Source of the DNA: Trypanosoma brucei
Lineage: Eukaryota
Reading direction: 5' to 3'
DNA: 64,000 nt
Assembly (NCBI GenBank): GCA_000002445.1
Contig: CH464491.1
Location: 5,152,001-5,216,000, forward strand
The position numbers and the translations under genes are program-made. The notes beneath the pieces are model-generated. The model did no database searches, was not told the DNA's origin, and worked only from the letters and a program-made list of their open reading frames with translations. Shown piece by piece: positions 21,376 to 32,638 of this stretch. Each line of letters opens with the position of its first letter. The first letter of the stretch is position 1.

Positions 21376-22803
21376 ATGCTGCCAAAACTAACGCAGCAAA
21401 CACCTGAGGAAAAAACTCTCAAATTACTAAAAAACGACTTTTCAGCTTTTTTGTCAGTTAAAACTTTAGGAAAGCATTTCGGGTCTTTTTTCTTATCAAA
21501 ATCACAGCCTTTTTCATCCTTGCAGGGTTTTTCTGTGGTATGTTTTTTGCATTCGTCTGCTGTTTTGGTTGGGCAAGAGAAACTTTCCTGTTTTTAATTC
21601 TTTTTTTCTTCTTCGACGATGAGGCTTTTGACAGTGTGATAAGTTTGAGCTGCCGCTAGTTCTTTGGGGTCAGTTATTGTTGACAGCTGCTTGTTTCCAT
21701 CTCTTCCAACTGCCGCTTTTGCGGGTTTTAGGTCGTTCAGTTCTTTGATTATTGTATTTTTAACAGCCTCGTTATTATTTCCGAACGCTGATTTAAGGAA
21801 TGCGTCGACTTTTGGTGTTTTTTGCTATCTGAGTATGTTGCGTCGTCACCGTCAATCGCCTTGGCTATTAGTTCCTTTAGTTTCTGCTCAGTGGCTAACG
21901 TTGTAATCGGTGTTTCTGTTGTTGCAGCTTCTAGTGCCGCTTCTGCGTTTTGCATCTTTAATATTTCTGCCAGTTCCATTTTTATTGTTTTCGCTGATGG
22001 GATCGCGGTTTTTAATCCGACTTCGCTGTAGGCCTGGGTGCCGCCTCTGGCTTGCAGCTTCACCTCTACCTGCTGATTTTTGAAGAGCTTGCCGCCTTTA
22101 ATGCCTATCCCGGTTGCTGTTCCCGACGTACAGCGGCTCCTACCAGTTACACTGCCGCTTGTGCTGCCCTTCCCCACAAAGTTAGGTCGTCACAGGCGTT
22201 AGTGCCGGGCGTCGCTTCAACTGCTGTGTATAAGATGACTGTTGGCTGTGCTGGAGCAGGCGTGTCGGCGAGTGTTGTAGCCGCTCTTGCCTCTTCGTTT
22301 TTCATCCACACTCCATGGGGTTGCATGCTGATATGTGGTGTTATCTTGGTGTCTGTGGTGTCCGTTACCGCCGCACTTGCCGTTTTCAAGGCGGCGTCTT
22401 GTATCTTGGCGTTGCCAATTTCTTGCAATGTCTCCTGGCTGCAGGCTAAGTTCCCTGCCGCTATAAGCCCTGACAATATTTTTCTAGCGTCAGCAGCAAC
22501 CGCCTTCATGATCTTTTGTGCCTCACGTTGCTTTGCTTGTGCTAGGATCGCTGCGCCGGCGCCGTAGTAACCAGAACGCGTTGCTGCTATTACCTGTAGT
22601 CGGCTTGCCTCCTGAGTTTGCCTTAGGGCTGTGGTTAGGGCATTGGTTAGCAAGGTTTCCGCAGATTTGGCTATCTTCCTCAGTTGTGCCGTCGCATCGC
22701 ATGGCGTGACTGCCTTCAGCTTCGCCGGTTTCGCCTCGACGAGAGTATGCAGCATTGTTGTTAGCAGTACCGCTAGAAATACTACATTTTGCACCTTTGC
22801 CAT
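21376..22803 (-). pseudogene. VSG: VSG pseudogene (frameshifted)
   Basis: N-terminal ORF 22147-22803 with signal peptide MAKVQNVVFLAVLLTTMLHTLVEA, a middle ORF at 21749-22177, and a C-terminal domain plus GPI signal (ADECKKHTTEKPCKDEKGCDFDKKKDPKCFPK...SFFSNLRVF) in another frame at 21400-21580. Confidence 0.8.
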
Positions 22804-24140
22804 CGCTTTTTCGTTGTTTCTATCTACTGAACGCTTTCTTGATTTAGCCTTTGGAGTTGTATAAGCCTTTTTCCTGACCCTGTCATAATTTTTATGGGGG
22901 TGCGAAGAAATGTTGTGTTGCTCCCTTTAGTTGTTCGGTATGCCCCGTTGGTTCTATTTTATGTATTCCAATCTATGCGTCCGCACCGGCAGCAGTACAT
23001 TATTATGGTGTTGAAGAGCGTGGATGCCGCTTGGCGAATATCGCTTTAATCTCTGGCCTGTCTTTTAGTATCTGAAAGTACAAATCTCATCTGGGAGCCT
23101 ACCTGTCTCTTGCTAGCTATTATCAAAGCGGCTGCACAACCCGACATTTTGCTTGCAACCAGAATCAGCTTGTGCACCTACATTTACTGGGTTGGTTTCC
23201 CTTGAGTTTTAGTGCAATCCGCGGTTCATTCTTCTAAATTTACTTGATTTAGTCTTACTATCGGTCTTATGCATCTCAGTTGAGAGTTATTGAGTTTGCA
23301 TCTATTACTACGTAAATCCAGTCCTACGATCCTTTGAAAGAACATTCCTCTCTCTTCCCTTGGTGTTCCCGTGGTTGTCAGCCCTCTGCAAAACTTTCGA
23401 AACTTTGTTATGTGGTTGATACGCTCTATCAAATGTGGCTTGGACTTGGTTTCGATATGGATTACTGGTTCGTTGAAATCTCATAGTCACTGGACAGTAT
23501 ATATTCACAATTGATGGCATATTCTCATTGATCTTCTCCACTTTGTATGGATTATCCATTAGTTTATATATTTGTTATTTTAAGCATTTTCAGATTTGTT
23601 TTTATTTCCATTTTTAATTACACAGTAATCAAATAGTCTCAGTTTTAAAATTCTCCTCCCATAATATAATATTGTTTCACCCAAATATTGACAACTTTTA
23701 CTATAATCAATGAGAGTATAATTTTAATAGTACCGAAAATTTACACAATCCTTTTCATTTCTTTGTTCTACTTCAGCGCTGGACACTAGGATTCACCATA
23801 AGATTAAAAACCACAAATACCACCAATATCTCGGCTGCAGCACTTATCCATTTTTGAGTTAAATACGGCCCACAATGCCTTCTTCCTCTACTATTTTCTT
23901 TTGTACCTGAAGACGGCGCGCTACTTAGTAACTCTATTTGGCAATCAAATATTGTCCTCTCCACCATCTCCTTGTGTGCGGTAATGGCCATCAATATGTT
24001 TATGTTGATCACCGTGCACATTCCATCTCTACTTCTCTCTTTTACCCTCTCCCACTAATTTACTCGATCACTCTCGTTTCGCCTTTTCTATTATTTTAAC
24101 TTCTTTTATTTTGGGATTGTAATTCGTTATCACCACCACT

Positions 24141-24210
24141 TTTATTATAATATTCTTTTATACACACTCACAACACACTCTCCTCTTCCTTATTATTACT
24201 ATTTCTTTTT
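24141..24210 (-). repeat. 70-bp repeat, single unit
   Basis: ttattataatattcttttatacacactcacaacacac core. Confidence 0.75.
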
Positions 24211-24463
24211 AATATTCATAAAAGAAAAAAAAGAAACATAATTTAAATGACACTTATTTTTCATACCCTCTCACTCCACTACTTTACATCCATAAGCCAT
24301 AATTATGAACATTTTAGTAAAAATTACATATTTTAGAGTTTTTATATTTCCTAAAGATTTTACAAAAGTATGAAAATGTATCATATCTTATGTAATTTAG
24401 AAAATTGTCTCAAAATAAAATATTTAATTGTTTTCATAAAATTGAGTACAAATCTTTATAATT

Positions 24464-25957
24464 CTAGAATTCTACAAGAAAAATCATGACAAATATATGA
24501 ATAACAAAAACTCTCAAATTACTAAAAAACGACTTTTCAGCTTTTTTGTCAGTTAAAACTTTAGGAAAGCATTTCGGGTCTTTTTTCTCATCAAAATCAC
24601 AGCCTTTTTCATCCTTGCAGGGTTTTTCTGTGGTATGTTTTTTGCATTCGTCTGCTGTTTTGGGTGGCTCTGACGCTTTTCCTGCATTGGATTCTGTGGT
24701 ATATGGCTGTTTGTCTGCTTGAGATGTCGACTTCTGGAAGCTGTCGGTAATGTGTTGTACCATTATTCGCGTAGCTAATCCTATGCTGTCAACGTCCTTT
24801 AGCGTCATCTCTTTCTTTTCTCCAAGGACTGTTGCTGGCACTTTCAGCTCCTTAATTTCGTCCCAAATCTTGGTTTTGAAGTTTTCTTGTTTACCAAAAT
24901 TGTTTGTGATAAGGTTGGATACTGTATTTTTTTTCCTCTCCCGTTTCTTTGTCTCGGGGTAAATTGGCGTAGATGCTTCCGACAGCCGCTATGAAGTCGT
25001 CATCGTTTATAAAGCTGTTTAGATCGTCAGGGTTAAACCTGCTCGCTGCTGCTCCTAGTGTTGTAGCTGCTGCTGTGATGTCGATTGCCGCTTGTTTTAA
25101 ATAGTGATCTTGGTTGGTTTCGTTATAGCTTGCCAGTTTCTTTAGGCCGTAGTCGCCTGCTTGACCTGCGTCTAGGGACGTTTGTGTTGCTTGAAATACT
25201 TTACCGCCTGCTATGCAGATATTGTCGTTGCTTGCTACTGCTGCTGCCACCGCTGTGCCGCCTGCCGGAGTGCACGTGTTAGTGGAGTTCTGTTGGCCGG
25301 CTCCTACCGCCGGCGCCCTTGTTGCGCCCCCTGCTGCATCTGCTACCGGCGACGCTACGAAAATCGTGAATTTCTTAAGTTTTGCTGGTGTTGCCCAACT
25401 TCCGAACTCTGCTGCATTCTTGGCGTTTACTGAGCGTTGACAGGTTGCGAGGCCGTTTTTTTGTAGTTTTTGAAGTTTATTGAGCCCGCTACACCGGTGA
25501 TTGATGCTGCAGCGGTCTGCCACGCATCCGCTGTTTTTATCTCTAGTTTTTCTACTGAAGCCGTTGCCAGCTGGTGGCCTGTTATATTTGCAGCGGCTAC
25601 TACGCCGCGAATGGACTGCCGTGCGTGTTTCAGGCTGGTAGCAGTGGCCACCTGCAGTTCCCTCTGTAGAGTGGGTAGCATGGCCCTTGCGGCCTTGGCC
25701 AGGGACGGGTTATAGGGTTGAACAACAGCCGCTGTCGCCTGCTTCGTCCTTTTTAGCAGTAGCTCGTTTTGTGTTAACCGCGTTGTGAGCTTCCCCTCTA
25801 ATTTTGCGATGATGACATTCAGAACTGATGCTGAGGCACAGGCATCTGTTGTTTCGCTGCTGAGTTCGTTGGAAGCTAGGGCTTCTGTCGGTTTCAGCAG
25901 CAAAAGTAATAGTACTGCGGACACTGTTGTAGTTTTAGCCGCTTTCTTGCTTAGCAT
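24464..25957 (-). pseudogene. VSG: VSG pseudogene (frameshifted)
   Basis: Three co-linear minus-strand ORFs. 25427-25957 carries signal peptide MLSKKAAKTTTVSAVLLLLLLKPTEALA. 24891-25523 is the middle. 24464-24841 is the C-terminal domain ending SFFSNLRVFVIHIFVMIFLVEF. The 3' 150 nt are identical to 21418-21567. Confidence 0.8.
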
Positions 25958-27929
25958 TGGTTTCTTCCTTCGTGTTATACATAGCTGAGCTACTGTTTTG
26001 TGGGTTTCAACAAGTATTTTTCTTTTGAAGCTTATGCATTACATTTCTAGCTGCTGCCGCGGTAAATCTCTGTTGCGCACGTCATGTGCTTACTATTATC
26101 AAATACACCTAAAAATCAACACGAGAAATTTTACACTATCCCGCCTGCACCTGTATGTGAAATACACTCAGTCCGTGCCACTTTCTCTTCGAAGTACTGA
26201 TGGAATACCTTTTGCAGTTACCATTTTTCTGAGTAATAGTATCCAAACGAGTTAAGCTTCTCAGGTTACCCAGTGCTAAATAACGTACAGCTGCTTTCCA
26301 GTTACCTGTATTGCTATTCTCTTGTTCACTTGGAGCTCCCAGGCTCATGCTGGATCCAACTCTACAGTTAGCTGTACCTCATATATTGTTTATATTTTGA
26401 ATTCACTTTGACTTCATATGCTATTGCTGTCGTGTGTGATACTGATGCTGGACTCCTTTTCATATGTTTCTTACCGTCGAACCAATAGGTGGAAGATTAC
26501 GTCTTTTTTTTTGTAATTTAAACTCCAATGTACCTCACTTTATAAAAATCTAACCCTTCTTCATCCATATCTATCTATGAAGTTCCCATTTGTGCTCCGG
26601 CATTCAAGCACACCCTGTGTCTAAATTATTAAAGAAACTTTTTACACCTTAAAATTTAATATTTATGTCTATTACTCCGTTCTGTTTTTTTACACTTTCA
26701 TATATGCTTGCATTTTCTGGAATAACAAAGTAACAGTGAACTTTTTACAGGTGGTGATTTCTTTTCTGCCTGTGACCTCAATCATTTTTCGTCTGTTTAG
26801 CTCTTTATCGTTTAACGCTTAGTAATTCCAGATGTAGAAGTGGCCTTCTTGCAGTTTTTCTTTGTTAATTTTTGCTAGTTTTCTTTTGTTAGAGACTACA
26901 TTTATATGGATTGTTCGTTCTTTGAAAGGTGAATGTGTCTTGCTAGTATATAAACAAGGCATTTTTGGTGTATCACTGCCAATTCTATCCACTTCAAAGA
27001 ACAACCCAACGTTTCATACATGGGATATTTTAAACAAATTTTCGCATTTTTATCAATCTTCTATTCATCACTGTAATCCATTGGTTCTCCCAGCTTTAAA
27101 ATCATTTGCCAGATCCCATCATATTGTTTCATACAAACATTAGCGTTCATTATTACTATATATATATAATTAGAAGCTTTAGATGTTACCTCACATTTAC
27201 CCAATCCCTTCTCACTGTTGACCTTTTTGTTGTCTTTCTTTACATCTGGTTATTAATATCTACAATAAGATCAAACACAACGGTCTATACATTCATCTAT
27301 ACAGTAGTATACATACATTTTAAAAATCAAATACGGGGAAGCATTGCCTTTCCTCTTCATCCTTCTAACGTATTATTGTTCTCTTTGTTATGCTGTTATT
27401 CTGTTTTGTGTTCATTTGTTCGAATCTTTATTTTTCTCTCTTCTTTTTTGTCTACTACTAGTGCTACTAATTACGTAACAACACCATTTAGCTAGGAAAA
27501 TGACGTTTTGTTCTCCCTAATTTTTTTCTCCTCGCGCACAATGATAGAGGTTGTCATAACTGCGTTTATAACTGCGCATATTCGATTTATTTCCATTTCT
27601 TTTCCTTTCTGTATCTCCTTTACTAATATTCCTCTTTTTCCCTCTAGCTACCTATAACTGATAATACAATCTTTCGATTGTTTAAGTGCTTTACTTTGGG
27701 TCACAACTCTAGTCTTTATTACTTCACTTAGTATTATATACACAATTACAATACTTACGTGCCTTTATTATCATCAATAAAATAAACAAAATAGGAACTT
27801 TTATGATGGTACTATCTTTTTAACCATATCACTATACTATAATACACCCAAAGTCTACTTCCACATAAAATTTCGTATCCTAGATTTCTTTTTAAATAAT
27901 TTAAATATATTTTTCATCCTTAAATAAAA

Positions 27930-28080
27930 AATTCAAGCAACAGAGGGGCATTAATCAAAGCAGAATTGCTTCCTGTGGAGCCTGTAGGGTTTCTATCATT
28001 TCCACCAGTTCACTTTTTTTTTTTACTTCCTTCTTTGTTTTCTTACTCAATGTGCACAGTTTACCCTAGACGGCTTTTGG
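27930..28080 (-). pseudogene. VSG: VSG C-terminal fragment (GPI-signal remnant)
   Basis: Reverse complement of 27940-27990 encodes TGSNSALINAPLLLE, of the same type as GSNSFVIHKAPLLIAVLLF. No upstream VSG body is present. Confidence 0.5.
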
Positions 28081-28269
28081 GTTAAAAACGTACCTCCGGA
28101 AGTCTAGCACCTTTGGATGGTGGGTGCCAAAGACAGAGTGTGTAGCTACTCCTTAGTTGCTTATTTTAATTAGCGGCTATCCCCTAAATATTAGTATATT
28201 TCCTTAATTTCCCCCTTTAAAAAACAAACCGCGTTCAAAACCATAGGACACGCGCCAGCTTTTTAAAAG

Positions 28270-28640
28270 AATTTAAGAGTCGCACAGCGCAAAATGCAGA
28301 GATGAAATTCACAAAAGTGTAAAAGTAAAATTATAACAAATCTGCAGAGAGGTTGAGTCGGCAAACTTAAGCAAAGATGTTTGTCGCGTAAATAAGGGTT
28401 GGGGTCCGCATAACAAAATAGCCGCTGCATGACTATAAGAATAAAAAAGCATCAACCAGGTACAAAAAAAGCATAATAAATCGTATCACCAGCGGCGGGG
28501 CACATAAAAAAAAAGGAGCCGCTGCATCACTAAAAGACTAAAAAAACAAAAAAAGAAAAGGAGAAAAAATTAACCCTAACACACTACCCCTAAGCATAAG
28601 CCGGAAAACCCCCTAACTAACTAACCTACCTACCCACAAA
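28270..28640 (-). repeat. interstitial telomere-like block (degenerate CCCTAA and AGGGTT hexamers plus GCCGCTGCATCACT short repeats)
   Basis: aaccctaacacactacccctaagcataagcc at about 28571. ataagggttggggtcc at about 28393. ggagccgctgcatcactaaaagactaaaaaaa and tagccgctgcatgactataagaataaaaaa units. The flanks are homologous to 4620-4900. Confidence 0.7.
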
Positions 28641-28759
28641 AACTCCAAAAAACGGGAAAAAGGAAAAAAATTTTAGTTGCCAGAAAAACACAAAATATTT
28701 TTACAGAGTCACAATTTTACAAACTTACAAAAACAGTTCAATTTTTTCGGGTAAGTTAC

Positions 28760-28775
28760 GTGTTAAAATATATCA
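28760..28775 (-). promoter_or_regulatory. VSG 3'UTR conserved 16-mer (reverse complement gtgttaaaatatatca)
   Basis: Exact reverse complement of TGATATATTTTAACAC about 60 nt downstream of the VSG stop, followed by aagttttcaaatagcaa. Confidence 0.75.
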
Positions 28776-28834
28776 AAAGTTTTCAAATAGCAAAAATTTT
28801 TAGCAAAAATTTAGCAAGAAAAATAGGGGAAAAT

Positions 28835-30265
28835 TTAGAAAAGCAACACTGCAATCAAAAGAGGAGCCTTGTGAATGACAAAAGAATTGCTTCCTGTGGT
28901 GTTTGTAGCTTTGGCATAATCCCCATTTTTCTTGTCGTCTTTGCTCTTTTTCGGAAAACATTTTGGCGTTTTGTTTTCATCCAAATAACAGCCTTCTTTT
29001 TGACAGTGTTCTGGGGTTGTTTGGCTTCCACATTGTTGTGGTTTTTGTGTGGAGGTCTCTGTTTTACAGCTAGGCTTGTTTTTTCTTTGAGAGGCATGGT
29101 ATGCTAAAACTAATCCTCTGTTAGTGTCGGTAGAAAGTTGTTCGATTTTGCTGTCAATGTCTGTTCCCGCTATTTTCTGCTTTACTGAGTTTGCCTTCAC
29201 CTTCTCCCATATCTTAGCATTGAATTCTGTCTCAGTGCCTCCGAACATGGCTTTTATGCCGTCTGTTATGGCTTTCTTTTGCGAATCACTGCTTGCGTCG
29301 TATTTGGCTGCCGGGCCTTGTAATTCTATCAGAACTGCTTTTCTCACGCCTTCGTCGTTTTGTACAACTGCCATGTTACGGACTGAGGCCATATCTGCGT
29401 CGCATGGTTTGTTTTTGAGAAAGTCGTAGAGGCGGTGTTCTATGCTCGTTTGGTGTTTCTCCAATTCTTTTTTTAGTCCTTGCGGTGTGTCTGAGCGTTT
29501 GGGCTTAGCGTCGGTTGTTTTCACCGCTAGCTGCGCAAGTTCTCCTGCCTTAAAAAGTGTTGCTGCCGCTGATGAAACTTTGATGTTGGTCTCGGCTGTG
29601 CTGCAGGCAGCGCCTACACATGCGACCTGGCAGACACCGGCGGCGGTGTCTGCGGTGGTTTTGCCTTCCAGTTTGTGTATTCTGATCGACTCTAGCTGCC
29701 GCGTGTCTGGGTCGTTATCTGTATTTGCCGCCGTCGCCGTGTATGTCTTTGCACATGAATCGTCGGTCAGTTTGTCCAGTTTTAGGTGACCTGAGACTGA
29801 CTGCCCTTGGCCGGTGTTTGACATCGCCTGAGCTGTCCCTGTCGCTGATTTGATTTCCGTTGCAGATGATAGCGCCAAGTTTTTGCCGGCTTCGATGTTG
29901 AGCGTTCGTGTTAGTTGGCTTACTGCTTGCGCGCACGTTACAGCCGCTTTTGCTAAAGTCGCTGTGCGCCTTGATGCGTATTCTGACAGCCCGGCTATTG
30001 CTGCGTTGGCTGCCCCCGTATCTGTTGTTGCTGCGTAGACCTCAAGCGCCCTGTGCTCATCTACCGCTTCCGTTGTTTTCTCCAGCAGACTCTTCAGTTT
30101 CCCCTCCGCTGCCGCAGCGAGCTTGATTAGGTAATGCGCCGATTTGCATGGCGTGTCTTGTTTTGTGAGTTCCGCTGCGGGGTCAGCTTGTGTGCCGCGA
30201 CTTAGCAGCAGTGTTGCCACAACTAAGCCAATAAAAGTCGCAATTATATTGCTAACTGCGGTCAT
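28835..30265 (-). CDS. VSG: variant surface glycoprotein, apparently intact (476 aa)
   Basis: Uninterrupted ORF with signal peptide MTAVSNIIATFIGLVVATLLLSRGTQA and a C-terminus ...CYLDENKTPKCFPKKSKDDKKNGDYAKATNTTGSNSFVIHKAPLLIAVLLF. Confidence 0.9.
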   Translation of the reverse strand: MTAVSNIIATFIGLVVATLLLSRGTQADPAAELTKQDTPCKSAHYLIKLAAAAEGKLKSLLEKTTEAVDEHRALEVYAATTDTGAANAAIAGLSEYASRRTATLAKAAVTCAQAVSQLTRTLNIEAGKNLALSSATEIKSATGTAQAMSNTGQGQSVSGHLKLDKLTDDSCAKTYTATAANTDNDPDTRQLESIRIHKLEGKTTADTAAGVCQVACVGAACSTAETNIKVSSAAATLFKAGELAQLAVKTTDAKPKRSDTPQGLKKELEKHQTSIEHRLYDFLKNKPCDADMASVRNMAVVQNDEGVRKAVLIELQGPAAKYDASSDSQKKAITDGIKAMFGGTETEFNAKIWEKVKANSVKQKIAGTDIDSKIEQLSTDTNRGLVLAYHASQRKNKPSCKTETSTQKPQQCGSQTTPEHCQKEGCYLDENKTPKCFPKKSKDDKKNGDYAKATNTTGSNSFVIHKAPLLIAVLLF

Positions 30266-30730
30266 TTAAGTCCTTTCGGCTCTTTCTGTTTTTGCGTTGG
30301 TGGTGGTTTCCGCTCTTTATTTTGCACTCCTTCTTTTGCTTTTGCCTAGAGTTGAGTGTTTAGTCAGGTATAAAGCCAACTGTGTGAAAAGTGTGACAGA
30401 CGTTTTGTCGATATTATGTTTAATTTCGCAATTGTGCTCGGCGGTTGCGGCGTAACAATAAATTGAGGTTTTTACGTCAGTTACCTTTCTCCGTTTCAAA
30501 CTCGCTCCTTGTGTATTCCATCTGTCGCTTATTTCCCAAAAGAGACACTATATGCATTAAAAGCATAAACATGTTGTGAAATAAACTTTTTCGATACCAC
30601 TGGGTTGGGAAATTGTCTGGTCGCACCTGTTGTGATATTGCAAGAGATGCAAGAATTCTCCGAAGAGTGTATTAAAAACTATAAGCCGCACTTTGCGCCG
30701 CCGTTAGTCAGTTGTATTCGGTGCTTCGTC

Positions 30731-31832
30731 TCACAATTTCTTTGCTTTAAACAAATCCCCGTTTTTGAAAGCATCGCCACAAATTTTCTCATATACAAGG
30801 CTTAAATATTTTCCATTTATTGTATAGACTTCTGTCGCCCCTAAGTTAGAAATAGTAAAATTAGATTTATTGAAATTTCTGTAACAACCGAGGTGCTGGA
30901 ACAGCTGCTTTGCAAACTCCCGCCATGCCAGTGCGATGCCAGGGAAGTGGATGAAAGGCGCATTTCCAGGTACTGGCGCGGTCGGCACCGAAAAAAATCT
31001 CTCGTTATAGTCCAAGGAAATCAAACCCCTGCGTAAAATAAATCTTTTACTGATGCTTCCTTCCTGAGTTACGCTCCACAACCACAAAGGCATGAAAATA
31101 CTTTGATCAGACCACCAGTCGTCACTTGTTTTCAATAACTCATTAAATGCTACGTTTAAGCTCCTGAATGCCCAAACTCTTGCGATTATATTACCACCTC
31201 CAAGGTAAGGTTTTCCGCTAGGAGGTGATTTTAGTAAATGGGGTAATTTTTTATCCTCCTCTTTTTGGTAACCAACATTAAAAAGCCAGTAGCATCTCTC
31301 CACATGTTCTTTGTGATCTGAATTAATAAGCAAATCCAATTGAGGTGCTGTGCAATCTGGGGTTGTGATAAACTGAACCGGAGATATTTGATTTTCTTTA
31401 ACTATTTCATCTTCCCTAAACTTACCTTCATTTGCCGCAGTATTATGTATAAAATATTCCACCGCATTTTCATATTTTTCTCTGTCAGAAACAATAACAT
31501 TAGATCCGCCTGAATGAATTACAATATCCTCATCACTGCCATTCTGTCATTATAAATATTGCATAACCCACCTAGTTCCTCTTAACATGGCTGTACAAAC
31601 CTCCTATTGCAATTGTAGTAATTTCAACATGGCTTAGATTGGCGCTCAGTATGAGTCTGCACCATCCTTGAGTTGCATGAGTTTGAACTGCAACGACAAA
31701 GACCCTTGGGTCCTTACGGTCTGTCTTTGTCATATTTGTTATTCTATTTGGCTCATCCCCATCAAGAGACATTGAGCCTAAACACACGAAATGCAGAAAA
31801 GACAAATAAAGTTCACATAAACTATATTTCAT
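30731..31832 (-). pseudogene. ESAG3-like pseudogene, paralogue of 6803-7899, tentative family assignment
   Basis: 31572-31832 (MKYSLCELYLSFLHFVCLGSMS...) and 30731-31462 (...DWWSDQSIFMPLWLWSVTQEG...FIHFPGIALAWREFAK...ICGDAFKNGDLFKAKKL) are co-linear with the 6803-7899 copy but not in one continuous frame. Confidence 0.4.
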
Positions 31833-32254
31833 TTCTTAATATGACTTTAAAATTTGAATGCATTATGAGGAAAAATGAAAAAAACTTAGGAAAGAAGTGA
31901 GCAGCACAACGTATATTTTTATTTTCGATAAGTTTAAAAATTCAATTTCAAAACACACCTTGTTGTATCTAAAGTAAAACATCAACATTTAGCGGTGTCA
32001 GTTGCTTATCCACATATACCAAAGATAGAAATTTCATAAGGCTTCTTCACTAGACTATGTCTAAATCTTATGATCACAATTATCATACCTTTTGGTATCA
32101 TCATAACCACACTTATTTATGTGTTTAAAACTGCGTATATTTTATTTCTCCGCTCCCTCTGTGTCTTTCTTTTAATAATATTCTTGACCTTCCAAACGGT
32201 CACATACTTACACCGCAACCTTGTTATTGTATAAAGCGTGTCTGGTTTTTATTA

Positions 32255-32323
32255 TCATCTACATTATTATAATTACTACTCTCATTATAATATTCGTATA
32301 TGCACACTCACAACACTTTCCTA

Positions 32324-32378
<55 letters not shown>

Positions 32379-32380
32379 TT
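32255..32380 (-). repeat. 70-bp repeat with (TAA)n tract
   Basis: ctcattataatattcgtatatgcacactcacaacac core followed by about 22 ATT triplets. Confidence 0.85.
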
Positions 32381-32638
32381 CAGCTTCTATTACGACTATA
32401 ACACTACATTACAACTATATCTATAAAATAAAAAAAATACATATTTAGCAAATTAGGACAGTAATCACTTTAAATACTTTATTTCTATATTATGTTACAC
32501 CTACAGACCACTTTCATACAAAAATTTCATATTTTCGAGGTTTTCAAAATTGTCAAGAATTTTCAAAGGTTTATGAAAGTTTTAAGATATATCAAAATAT
32601 TCAAGAATTGCGAATTTTTGTAAATTTTCAAGAAATTC

